The translations under genes were made by a program, and so were the position numbers. The notes below the pieces were generated by a model. It had not been told where the DNA came from. It ran no database searches and was given only the letters and a program-made list of their open reading frames with translations. This document shows positions 1 through 12,430 of a stretch of DNA of 64,000 nucleotides, piece after piece; within the stretch, counting starts at the first letter, position 1; the number at the start of each line of letters is the position of its first letter. Source of the DNA: Rebecca billardiae RCC1528 (Eukaryota; Protista; Haptophyta); contig OZ251224.1 in NCBI GenBank assembly GCA_965240325.2, forward strand, positions 4,154,001 through 4,218,000, given 5' to 3'.

Positions 1-3000
1 CGAAGCCGAGCAGCTTGCCGAGGTACTCCTCGAAGAGCGAGCCAAAGTGGCCGCCCCACTCGGGCAGCACGGCCGGCACGACGTGCTCGCACCACGAGTC
101 GGTGTACGGCCGCCAGCCGAGGTAGACGGCCTCCATGTACACCATCCCGCAGCGCGACACCGTCGCCGGCGACGCGACCGCCAGGTCGTTCACCTCGAAC
201 AGCATGTGCATCTGCCGCGTCAGCTTGATGCGCTCGCCGTTGGAGAGGCAGAGCATCTTGTTGTCGTCGAGCACCGTGTTCATGTTCTCGATCCAGATCG
301 CGTCGACGGGGCCGTCGAAGACGATCCACTTGCGGTTGAGCGTCTCGTCCGCGACCGCGCCGCGCACCAGCGTGGGCACCAGCCCGTCCGTCCACTCCTG
401 CGTGAACGCGTTCACCGCGCCGTACAGCTCGCCCATCGTGACCGACTTTGGGTTGAGCGTGTACTCGTGCGTCACCTCGTAGTGCGGCGACTCGTCGCCG
501 TCGCGCTTGAGCTGCGTGAGCGCGGAGGCGAGCATCTTGTGGCAGCACGTCTTGCCCGTGAGCGTGAGCCCCACCACCATCACGCCGTGCCGCACCAGCA
601 TCGTCTCGAACAGCTGGATGATCTTGGCGACGTACGTGGGCACGGGCTGCAGCCGCGCCTTGCTCATCTCGTACTCGATGGCCTCCTGCAGCCGGCCGTA
701 GTCCACGTTCGGGATCTCGACGCCGGGGAAGAGGTCCTGGATGATGGACATGAAGAGCGGCACGTCCTCCGACAGGAACTTGGGCAGGTTCGAGTCGCGC
801 AGCGCGCGGATCAGCACGATGTGCTCCTCGAGCTCGGGGTTGGAGCGCTTGAGCTGCCCCGCCATCACGAGCACCGACTTGACGGCGCGCATCCCAAAGT
901 CGTAGTGGTCCTGCTTGGAGAGCTGCTCGGAGGAGAGCTTGTACAGCTGGGTCATCTTGTTCGAGAGCGGCTTCGCCTCGGCGAACCCCTCGGAGAACAG
1001 CATGATCTCCGCGATCAGCCGGTAGTCCGGGATCATCATCGCGACCGGCCGGAAGAGCGCCTTGAGGTTGTCCGGCAGCTCGGCGCGGCCCGCGTACCCG
1101 GGGTTCATCGTGATGAAGACGCCGTAGCCCTTGTTGAGCGGGATCTCGACGCCCTCGAAGACGAAGCGCTGCCGGTCCTCCGCGATCGCGTTCTGGATCG
1201 TCTGGATCTGCTGCGCGATCACCGAGAGCACCTCGATGTTGATCCGGTTGAACTCGTCGAAGCACGCCCACGCGCCCGACTGCGCGAGCCCCGAGAAGAA
1301 GCGGCCCATCATCTTGTAGTCGAGGCCGTCGGAGCAGTTGAAGACGACGCACTGGCACGAGAGCGCCTTGGCGAGGTCCTTCGTCGTCTCCGTCTTCCCC
1401 GTGCCCGCCGGCCCCGCCGGCGCGCCGCCAAGGCGCAGGTGGAGCGCGCCGGTGAGCGTCATGTAGCACTTGTCGGTGAGCGGCGTGATCACGAGCCGCG
1501 GCGTGTTGCCCAGGTACTCGTACCCGTTGACGAAGCGCGAGTTGGTCTGGCGGATGACGCAGTCCTCGTGCACGCCGTCCGCGTACGACACGAGGTCGTG
1601 CACCTCGCCCGCCCAGTAGTACCGCAGCTGGCGCTGCCACTCGAAGTCGTTCACCCACGAGGTGCCGAGGCCGATCATCACGCCGACCGTGTCACGCGCG
1701 TGCACGTCGATCACGAGCTTCGCGCCGAGCGTGGTGCGCTGGAGCGGCGAGAGCTGGCCGCGCACGAGCTTGACCATCTCGTTGATCTTGCCCACCCAGT
1801 CCGTGTTGAAGTCGGTGAGCGCGCCCGGCGCCTCGCCCGTGTGCACGCGGTCGAGCGCGACCTCGACGCCCGCCGTCCACGCGACCTGCCCGATCATCAG
1901 GATCGACTGCGCCGCGTACCCAAAGGCCCACTCGGCCATCGGCGTGCCCGCGCGCATGCCGGCGATGCACCGCTTGGAGTCCTCGTACAGCGAGACGCGC
2001 ATCATCCGCTCCACGTGCCCCAGCCACCCCTCCACCGGCCCCGTCGCGATCACCGAGTCGTGGAACTTGACGCGCTCCTGCTCGGGCGAGAGCATCGCGA
2101 TCACGTCGGTCGTGGGCGCGCCGTCCGCGTCCGCGGCGAACTCGATGCGCGCCATCGCGTCGAAGCACTTGCCGAGGTGCGGCTGGACGGCCTGCGGGTC
2201 GCGCGTCTGCGAGAGGATCTCGAGCAGCTCGTCGTTCGACAGGAAGTAGAAGCGCGAGAACGCCTGCCGCTTGGTCTCGAGGTAGTCCTCGAGCGACTTT
2301 TGGATCTCGTCGAGCGCCGCGTTGGCGTCGACAAACGCGCGCAGCAGCCCCGTCTTGGTGACCTGGCCGAGCACGTTGGGCGAGGCGTGGGTCTTGCGCA
2401 TCTGGTCCTTCCAGAACTTGTCCACCTTCTGGAACTTGGACGCCTCCACCGGCAGCTGCTTCTGGATGTCCTCCGCGCCGAAGATGTTCTCGAGGTACAT
2501 CCAGTTGCGCTGACACGTCATCCACTCGTCGAGCACCTCGGAGAGCAGGCCGAGCTTCGACTCCCACACCTCGACCTCGGCGCGGATGCCCGCGACGAAG
2601 CGCGAGGCGAGGATCGTCTGCAGCGACACCTGGTTGTCCTCGAGCACCGTCACGATCTCCTCCACCGAGCCGAGCACGAACACGTCCGAGAGCTCGCGGT
2701 GCGAGTTGGTGATGAACTCGGTGCCCTCCCACGAGCGCTTGATCTTGCCCAGCATCTCCTCGAGGGCGAACTCGCCCGAGGCGATGCCCGACACCTCGTT
2801 GATGAAGTCGGCGTGCTGCTCGACGCCGTACTTGAGCAGCTGGTCCAGCGTGAACGTCGTCCCCGCGAAGTACGGCTGCTGCACGCGCTCGAAGACCTTC
2901 TTCCAGTGGCGCTGCTGCATCGCCGGGTTGCCGAGGTCGACCACGACCGGCATGAAGCCGCGCACCTCGTCGATCGACTCGAGGAACTTGCGCACGACGG

Positions 3001-5229
3001 GGTCGGTGTTCAGCCGCTTCGAGAGCTTGTAGATGTCCTTGTGGTACGTCTCCACCTCCTTCTTCATCTCCTCCACCGGCAGCGCGCCGAAGTCCTCCTC
3101 GCGCCAGCGCGCGACGCCCTCGTTCCACAGCTCGAGCCGCTGCCAGATCTCGCGCTTCATCTCGTACTGCGCGCGCGTGTCGGTGAACGAGGTGAGCGAC
3201 TCCTGCCCGTCGCCGATCTTGAAGACGCGCTGCCACTCGGCGTACGTCTCCGCCTTCTCCGAGATCTGGTCCAGCTCCTCGTGCACGGCGTCGAGCCGCT
3301 CGAGCACCGCGCGCGTCTCCACGTCCGGGTCCATGAAGTCGCCCGAGTGCAACGAGCCGAGGATCACCAGCAGCTCGTCGTTGAGCGAGCCGATCTTCTT
3401 GTCGAGGTTCTCCATCATCTTGGGCTTGTGGTCCTCGACGAAGAGCTGCGCCGCCTCGAACACGCCGGCGAAGTCGGCGCGCGCGATGTCCAGGTCGTCC
3501 TTCTTCACCTGGTCCGCCGTGGGGATCTTGAGGTTTGGGAAGTACTCGTCCAGCAGCTCGTACATCTCGGTCACGGCGCGCGCCTTGAGCCCGAGCTGCT
3601 TCACCTCGTCGCGCATGAAGTCGACGTACCGCGTGAACTCGGCGAAGTCCTTGAGGTTGCGCGGCCGCTCGCCCAGGTTCTTCACGATCGACTGGAACTC
3701 CTGCAGCGTCGAGATGCACTCGTCGCGCGCGGCGGTGAGCAGCATCGTCTGCAGCTGGTCGAGCGCGTTCGTGCGGCGGTCGAGGGCCTCCTTGAGCTTC
3801 TGCGACTCGACCACAAACGTGCCGACGGCCTTGGACTTGACGATGTTGGAGATGTCGTCCTTCCACGCCTTGAGCTGCTTCATGTCCGCCTTGAAGTCGT
3901 CCACCGTCTGCTGCGCCTGCTCGTACGCCTCGAACGACCAGTGCTGGCCGAACACGTGCACGACGCGGTACCGCTCAAACTGGAGCGCGTGCCGCTGCAC
4001 GTCCTCAAAGTTGGCGCGCACGTGCGCGATCGTGGAGGCCTTGGCCGCGTTGAAGTCGGTGCTCGACTGCACCATCGACGGCACGTTCGGCCCCTGCACC
4101 GTCGAGTGGTGGAAGTACTGCTTGAACGCGCGCAGGTACAGCAGCCGCGGCACCGTCTGCATCGCGACCGTCGTCGCCTCGAGCAGCGCCTCCACCTTGG
4201 AGACAAAGAACGACTCGGCCGGCTCGAACGAGAGGCCCTGGTCGGCGTACTGCACAACGGTGAACCACAGGCCCTTGGTGCGCTGCGTGCTCGTCACCGT
4301 CGCGAGCAGCTCCTGCGCCGTCGCCACCGAGAGCGAGTAGCAGCACGAGACGCACATGTAGTCCACGAGCCGGATGAAGGCGCCGAGCATCTGCGCCTCC
4401 GCGGCCGCGAGCCGCACGGCGCGCAGCCGGTCGAGCTGCTCCTGCCTGGCGGCGACCATCGACTTGGACTTGGAGGTGGGCGGGAGGGACTTGCTCGCCG
4501 CCGCCGCCGCCGCGGTCGCCGCCGCCGCCGCGCCCGCCGCGCCGCCCGCCCCGCCGCCGCCGCCCTCCGCGCCCGCCGCGCCCTCGTCCGAGAGGCGCGC
4601 GCGCGTGGTCACGTCCCGGCACACCTTCTCCACCAGTGCCTGCAGCTTGTCGATGTGCTGCTCGAAGGTCTTGCCCGCGCGCGCGAGCTCGGCGTTCTGC
4701 TGCTCGAGGAAGTCGGCGATGCGGTACGTCTGCACCGGGTCGATGTTGAGCAGCCGGATGTTGCGCATCTCGTAGCACAGCGACGAGATCTCCATCAGCG
4801 TGGGGCAGAAGGAATGCTTGGCGAGGAAGAGGCGGCGCACCAGCTTGTTGCGCTGCATGCAGTACAGCTTGTACCGCACGTTGGAGCGCCACAGCCGGAA
4901 CATCTTCGCGACGAGGTAGTGCTTGAAGAAGCGGATGCTCGTGAGCACCGAGAAGAACGTCGACTCCTGGATCCACTGCGCGAGCGGCATGAACTCGGAC
5001 GGCTGCCGGTCGGCAAACACGTGCACGACGCCGGTCGCGGAGACGGTGAAGTGCTCGGGCTCCACCTGCTCGCGCGAGACGCACACGAGCGAGTACGGCT
5101 CGAACGCGTCGCCGCTCTTCGCGCGGTTGGCGTACACGAACTTGGTCGGCGTGTGGTTCCCGTGCCGCGCGAAGAAGTTGGCCGCCTCCTCGCCCGTCTG
5201 CGCGGCGGGCGGCGGCGGCGCGGCGGCGC

Positions 5230-5270
<41 letters not shown>

Positions 5271-5929
5271 GGCGCGGCGGCGCAGGCTCGGTCAGCGCGA
5301 GCGCGCGCGCGCGCGCGCGCGCTGGCGCGGCGGGTGGTCCCCACCAGCCCCCACCTCGCGCGGCGCGCGCCTGCCCGCGCGCGCACCTTGAAGTGCGCGC
5401 CCATGTCCTCGAGCATCACGTCCACGTGCGCGCCGCCGCCCTCCGCGCCCGCAGACGCGTCGTGGTCGCCCTCGGGCGCGTCGCCCGCGGCGCGGCGCGC
5501 GGCGCGCGCGGCGTCGGAGCGCGAGGCGGCGACGGGGTTGACGGTGCGGCCGACCATCGACGTGAGCGTCGCCGACGCCGAGCGGATGTTGGGCAGGTCG
5601 TAGTCGTACAGCTCGGTGATCGAGAAGTCGTACAGCGCCTGCGCGCCGCCGTTGGCCGAGGCGGCGGTGCCCAGCTTGGGCTGGTCGCCGGGGCGCACGG
5701 AGGCGTCGGCGTACCCGGGCACGCCGCCCGGCCCCGCGCCGGTGCCCGAGCCCCTGGTGGGGCGCTTGCCCTGCCGGCCCGTCGGCGAGAGCGGGCCGGC
5801 GCTCGGCAGGGCCGGCTCGATGTATCGCGCGGGCACGCGCGGCGCCTCGACGGGCGGGAGCTTGGAGAGGGGCCCATCGGCCACCTCAGGCAGAGGCGCA
5901 TCGAGTGGCTGCAGCTGGAAGCGCGGCAT
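1..5929 (-). CDS. DNAH6: Axonemal (inner-arm, DNAH6-like) dynein heavy chain, 5' part; exons 5929-5387 and 5197-<1, continues beyond the window start
   Basis: Minus-strand translation gives AAA1 Walker A GAPAGPAGTGKTETTKDL (~1375-1430), CFDEFNRINIEVLSV, FITMNPGYAGRAELPDNLKALFRPVAMMIPDY, QLSKQDHYDFGMRAVKSVL, AAA2 RHGVMVVGLTLTGKT and WIVFDGPVDAIWIENMNTVLDDNKMLCL. The N-terminal segment (FVYAN...EHFTVSATGVVHV...FFKHYLVAKMFRLWRSNVRY) resembles DNAH6; the subfamily call is less sure than the dynein call. Missing from the ORF track because there is no stop inside the window. Confidence 0.95.
5198..5386 (-). other. Spliceosomal GT-AG intron in the dynein gene (189 nt)
   Basis: Minus strand AAG|GTGCGC ... 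GCTGACC (branch-like) ... CGCGCAG|ACG joins HFK to TGEEAANFF in frame; low-complexity GC interior. Confidence 0.85.
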
Positions 5930-6238
5930 GGCCCACCTCTGGCCCCGCCGCTCCTCCTGGTTGCCCCCCCGCGCAGCGGCCAGCCAAGAGAGCGATGGCT
6001 GCCGCACTAACTGACCGAAGAAACGGCGCAGTTCGATCTTGGGCTCGTTGAGGCCGGACGCACGCACGGCCGGACTCTGCTCCTGCCTGGTGAGCAGTGG
6101 GCGGAGGGCTTTTGGTCGACCAGTGCCCCGGCTGATCAAGCAAAGGGCGCCCATTCGCCCGGCGGCCGCCATCGCGCCCGTCGCCCTCGCCCCGCGCGCG
6201 CGCGTGCGCGGCGGGGGTGCACGGCGGTGCGCGGCGGC

Positions 6239-9200
6239 ATGCCGCGCGCGCACGAGTGCCCCATCCACGCGGGCCTCGACGAGGCCGTCGCCCGCCTCGT
6301 CGGCGCCGCCGACTCTGCCGACGGGTGCGCGCGCGCGCTCGGCTCGATTCTCGACGCGTGCGCGCTCGACAGGGAGGACGAGCCGCCGTTCTACGTGCGC
6401 GTGAGCGGCGGCGGCGGCGGCGAGCCGAGCCAGCCGCCCAGCCCGGCCGGCCCCATCGAGCTCCGCGTCTCGCCCGGCGCCGTCTTCACCCTCGGCGCCG
6501 AGCCTGCCTTCCGTCTGGACGAGCTGCGCGCGGTCGGCTTTGTGGGCGGCCGCGCGCCCTCGCTCGCGCCGAGGCGGACGCGGCGCGCGCGCCCGGCGGA
6601 GGCGGGCGGCGAGGAGGAGGAGGGCGCGGCGCCCGAGGACGGCCCGCCGCTCGGCGTCGAGCTGCACTGGCCCGACGGCCGCACGCGCACGCTGGTTGCG
6701 CTCGAGCCGGCGCGCGGCGGCGCGCACGCCGCCGAGCGCGCGGGCGCGGGCGCGGACGCGGACGCGGACGCGGCGCGCGCGCGCGCGGCGCGCGAGCTGC
6801 GCGAGCTGTTCGAGGCGCAGCTGGTGCGCTTCGCGCACATGCGCGCCGCGCTCCTCCTCGCGCTCCGCCGCGCCGCCGCGCGCGCGGCCGCGCCGACGGA
6901 CGAGTCTGCAGCTCGCGCGGCGCTCGCGCGCGCGCTCGCGTGGGCGTGGCCGCAGCTGGTGGCGGCGGCGACGGACACGCTGGGCGGCGCGGCGGGCGAG
7001 GGCGCGGAGGGCGCGGCCGCGCAGGCGGGCGCCGCGGCCGTCGCCGCCTCCTCCTCGCCGCTCGAGCGCCTCCACGCCCTCGGCCTCGCCGACGCCGACG
7101 GCGGCTGGGGCGGGCTCGTGTCACCCAGCGCGCAGCACGGCGCGCTCACGATTGCGGCCGCGGGCGCGACGGGCGCCGTGTTCGCGTGGGCGCGGGCGAA
7201 CGGGCGGTCGGTGTCGCGGCTGCTCGGCGCGGTGCGCGCGGACGCGATCTCGCCCTCCGCGCCGCGCGCCGAGCCCGCCCTCGGCGCGTGCGCGCTCGAG
7301 CTCGTCTGCCAGCTGCTGCACGCCGCAGGCCTCTGCGCGCCGCCGCCCTCGCACCCGACGGCCGCGCAGCACGTGCGCGCGCGCGTGCTCGCGCTCGCGG
7401 CGGGCGGCGAGGGCGGCGGCGGCGGCGGCGAGGGCGGCGCGCGCACGCTGCGCGCCGACGCGCAGCAGCCCCCGTCGCGCCTCGCCGCCGCCATCGCCGC
7501 CCTCTCCGCCGGCTCCGCCGCCGACCCCCTCTCAGCCCTCGCCGTGCTGTGCCGCCGCGCCGACGTGTGCGCGCTCGAGGGATTGCGCGGCGCGGAGGGC
7601 GCGCGGCTGCCGGGCGTGCTGGCGAGCGCGCTCGAGCTGCTCGTGGCGCTCGCGACGCCGCGCGCCGGCGAGGCCGCCGCCGCCACCTCCGACGCCGCCG
7701 CGCGCGCGCTCGCCTCGGGCGCCGCCATCGTCACCACCGAGCTGCGCGCCGCGCTCGCGCCGCCCGCGCGCCGCGCGCGCGCCGGCATGGCGCCAGTGGC
7801 CGACCTCGGCGGCTTCTGCGCATGCCTGGACGCGGTGACGGCGGAGGTGCTCGGCGGCGGCGAGGCGGAGGGCGGCGGCGCCGCCGCGCACGCCGCCGCC
7901 GCCGCCGAGCACCCCGGCGGCGTCGACCTCGACCCGTCGCCCGACGGCGGCGGCGGCGGCGGCGGCGGCGGCGCGGACGGCGGCGGCGGCGCGGACGGCG
8001 GCGGCGGCGCAGACGGCGGCGGCGGCGCAGACGGCCCGGACCAGCATGGCCGCCGCCCGCCGCCGGTTGAGACGGGGGTGTCGCCGCCGCTGGGCTCGCG
8101 GGTGCGCAGCGCGAGCGCGGGCGGGGGTTCGGCGGCGGCGCGCTCGACACCGCCAGTGCACAGCGCCTCCACCCTCAGCTCGAGCAGCGAGGGCTCCGCC
8201 TCCGCCGCCGCCTCCGCCGCCGCCTCGGCGGGCGGCGGCGGCGGCGGCGGCGGCCTCGGCGGCGGCAGCGGCAGCGGCGCCGCGGGCGCGGGCGCGGGCG
8301 CGGGCCCTGCGCGCGAGCCGAGCTCGCCCGTCCGCGCGTCGTCGGCCGGCGGCGCGGCGCCGCCGGCCATCTCGATCTCCGGCAGTACGCCGAAGCGCGT
8401 CTCATCCGCCGGCGCGGCCGATGCGCCGCACAGCGCCGCCGCCGCGCTGGGCCGGAAGGGGCAGCGCTCGCCCTCCGCCTCGCCCGCGCGCTCGCCGAGC
8501 GGCGGCCTTCGCAGCTCGCGCCGGCGCTCGGCGGCGGAGGGGGCGGAGGGAGCGATGGCGGCGGCGATCTCCCTGGTGCGCGACGCGCTCGGCTCGCGCG
8601 ACCGCTCGCCGCCCACCCCCGCGCCGCCCACGCCGCGCGGCTCGCACGGCGACGGCGCGCGCGCGCCGCCCGCCTTCAGCCTCGGCTCCGCGGCCGCGGG
8701 CTCGGGCGCGCTCTCGGCGAACGCCTCCACGAACCTGCTGCCGCCCGTCGAGCCCGCCGCGCCCGGCGGCGGCGGCGGCGGCGGCGCTGGCTCGGCCGGC
8801 GGGCCGGGCTCGAGCGCGGGCTCGGCGGCGGGCTCCGCGCCTCGGCTCGCGCACCCGCCGTGGAACGCGCTCGTCACGCACTCCGCCGCGCGCGAGGCGG
8901 AGCTGCGCGCGCTCGCCGACACGTTCAACGGCGCGGGCGCGGGCGCAAAGGGCGTGCGCGCGCTCGTGGCGGCGGGCCAGCTCGCGCCCACGCCCGAGGC
9001 GCTGGTGCGCTTCCTGCTGGACGCGGGCCCGCGGCTGCGGCAGCGCGACGTCGCCGACCTGCTCGGCTCCGACGGGCGCGAGCGCGAGCTCGACCTGTTC
9101 CTCGACGCGCTGCAGCTGAGCGGGCTGCAGATCGACGCGGCCGTGCGCAAGCTGAACACACGCGTGCACCTGCGCGTGGAGGCGCAGAAGCTCGCGCGCA

Positions 9201-10599
9201 TCCTCGAGGCGTTCGCGCGCCGGTACCACGCGTGCAACCCGTCCGTGTTTGCGGACGAGAACGGGGCGTACCTCACGGCCTACTCGCTGCTGATGCTCAA
9301 CACGGACGCGCACAACGACAAGGTGCGGCACAAGATGAGCCGCGACGGGTACGGCGCGCAGCTGCGCGAGCTCGCGCTGCCGCCGCAGCTGGTGGACGCG
9401 CTGTACACCTCCGTCACGCAGCTCGACCTGCAGGTCGAGGAGCGCGCGCAGCTCGACGTCGTGCACTACGGCTGGCTGCTCAAGCAGAACAGGCGCAAGG
9501 TGGGCTGGAAGTGGCGCTTCGTGCTGCTGTCCACGCGCGCGCTGTACGTGTACAAGCACGAGCGGGACGCCAGCCCCGCGCAGTTCGCACCGCTCGAGTA
9601 CTCGACGCTCACGCAGGTGGCGACGGCGGGGCCGCTGTCCAAGCGCTTCGAGGTGCGCTGCTCGCCCGAGGGGCCCGCCGCCGCCGCGGGCGGCGGCGCC
9701 ACCACGCCGCGCCTCTCGCGCGCCAAGACGGCCAGCACGCAGGGGCCGGACTCGGGGCCGCGCACGCTGCTCTTCGAGGCGGCGGACAACGGCGCGGCGC
9801 GGCAGTGGCTCACGGCGATCGGCCAGTTCACCGCGCCGCACGAGGGCGTGATGGTCGTGCCGCTCGCCGAGCTCGAGGCGTGGGAGGCGGCGGCCGCGCG
9901 CGCGGCCGCGCCCGCGCCGCCGCCGCTGCAGCTGGCGCGCTCGTCGGGCGCGGCGGGCTCGTCGCTCGGCGCCGCCGCCGACGGCGGCGCGGGGCTTAGC
10001 CTGCGCGAGCGGCGCGCGCGCGCCACGTCCGAGCTCAAGGTGCGCCGGCCGAGCTGGAACGCGCACAGCGCGGGCGGCGGCGCCGAGCGCGGCGGCGGCG
10101 CGCTGCCCTTTGCCGCCGTCTCCGCCCCCGGCGTCGGCCGCACCTCGCGAGGCGGGCGCTCGTCCTACGCCTCGGACGAGTCGGACGCGCTCGCCAAGAT
10201 CGAGGCGTACTACGCGGGGCTCGAGGCGGCGGGGTGGGTGGGCAGGCTGGGGGAAGGGGGCGCGCACGGCGCGGAGGGGGCGAGCGGGCGCTCGAGCGCG
10301 CCGCCGCTCGGCGGGCCCACCGGCGCGCACTCCGCGTCCGCCACCTCGGCCGACGGCGACGGCGACGGCGACGACGCCGACTCTGAGGATGCGGACGCGG
10401 ACGCGGACGCGGACGGCGCGACCACCGACGGTGGCGGCACGGCCGGCCCCTCGAGCGTGAGCGTGCGCTCGGTGCTCTCGGCGCCCGACGCGGCGGAGGG
10501 CGCGGCGGAGGGCGCGGCGCCGCCGCCGGGGCTCGCCGCCGCCGCGGCCGCGCGCCTCGCGCCCTCCTCGCGCGGCGGCGCGCCCTCCGCGGGCGGCGG

Positions 10600-10653
<54 letters not shown>

Positions 10654-12392
10654 CGCGGGCGGCGGCGGCGCGTGCGCCGGCTGCGTGGGCAGCCCGGCGA
10701 CGGGCCAGCTCTCGGGGCAGTCGCTGCGCCGGCACGACAGGCTGCTCGGCTCGGGCCGACCGCCGCCCATCGGCCAGCAGGATTCGCTCAACTCGCTCGT
10801 CGAGGTGCGCGAGGCGGCGAGCGCGGCGGAGGAGGCGGAGGCGGAGGGGGCGGAGGCTCCGGCAGTGCGCGGCGCCGCGCGGCCTGTGCCGCCGTCACGC
10901 GCAGACTCGTGGGCGCAGCCGCCGCCGCGCGCCTCCTCCTCCTCCTCCTCCGCGGCACCCAGCCCGCGCCACCCGCCGCCGATCGCGCGCCCCGCCGCGC
11001 TCTTCGCCTCCGCCGCCCCCGCGCACGCGCTCGAGCTGGGCGCGGAGGGCGGCGGCGCCGAGGGCGGCGCGGAGGGCGCGCGAGGCGCGAGGCGCAGCGC
11101 GGGGTGCGCGCCCGCGCCCATCCCGCTCAGCGGCACCATCGTGCATCGGCCGAGCGCGGAGGGCGTCGGCGCGCTCGCCGGCGGCGCCGCGGCGCGCGGC
11201 GCCCAGCACGCGGGGCGGCGCAGCGGCGCGAGCGACGGGGACGGGGAGGAGGAGGCGGCAGCGGCGGTCGGCGCAGCGGCCGACGCCGCCGACGCCGCCG
11301 CCGACGGCGGCGGCGGCGGCAGCGGAGGCGCCCTCGCCACGCCGGGCGCCGCCTCGCCCTCGCCCGGCGCGCGCAGAGCGGCGGCCGCCACGGCGGCGGA
11401 GCGCGCGGCGGCCGCGCGCGCCGCCGAGATTGTGGCGATTGTGGGGCAGACCGGCGCGCAGGCGGCGGCCGAGGCGGCGGCGTTGGCGCCGACCGGCGCG
11501 GCGCGCGGCGCGCCGAGCGGCGGCGCCGGCGCGGCCGAGGGCGAGGCCGCGCTCGCGCGCCGCCGCTTTGAGCTCGCGCTGCTCGACGCCGAGGTCGGCC
11601 GCGCCGCCGCCGCGCTTGGCAGCCGCGAGGCGGCCGCGGAGCGTGGCGCCGCGCGCGAGCGCGAGCGCGCGGCGCGCTTGGACGCGCCGAGCGGCGCTGA
11701 GAGCGTGCGCGCGCGCCAACGGGAGGCGGACGACGCGGCGGCGGCCGAGGCGGCGCGGCAGCGGGTGCGTCCGCGCGCGCCGCGCGCGGCGCGCGGCACG
11801 GCGTCACGCGCGCACGCGCCGCCGCGCGCGCGCGCTCACGCGCCGCCGCGCGCGCGCGCGCCGCCCCGCGCGCCGCGCGCAGGCGACGGAAATGCGCCGC
11901 ACGCTCAGCGAGGTCGAGGGCGCCCTCAAGGCGCGCACGGCCGAGCTCTCGGCCGTGAGCGCGCGGCTGCGCAACGAGAAGGCCAACCTGGCGGCGCTGC
12001 GACAGCTGCGGGGCGCGGCGCGCGAGCCCGGGCTGCCGCCGAGTGAGGCGGCGGCGGCGGCGGCGGCGCGCGCGGAGGCGGGCGGCGTTGCCGCGCCGCC
12101 GCTTGTCACGCCGCCCGTGTACGCTGCGCACGCGCTCGGCGGGCCCGCGAGCGCCGCGGCGGCCGCCGCCGCCGCCGCCGCCGCCGCGGCCGCCGTCGCG
12201 TCGGCGCAGCCGCACCACCTCGGCGCGTCCGGCGGCGGCGGCGCGCGCGCTGCGAACGGCGGCGGCGGCGTGGGCGGCGCGGGCGGCAGGCCTGGCCCAG
12301 CGCCGCCGCGCGCGCGCGCGTCGCCTCTCACGCCGCCCGACTCACCGGCGGACGGCGCGCCGGCCGCGCGCGGCGGCGCGGAGAGCGCCGGG

Positions 12393-12430
<38 letters not shown>

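Noticed and set aside
47-6010. 1987-aa plus-strand ORF
   Set aside because: Antisense shadow of the dynein heavy chain; the conserved motifs are all on the minus strand.
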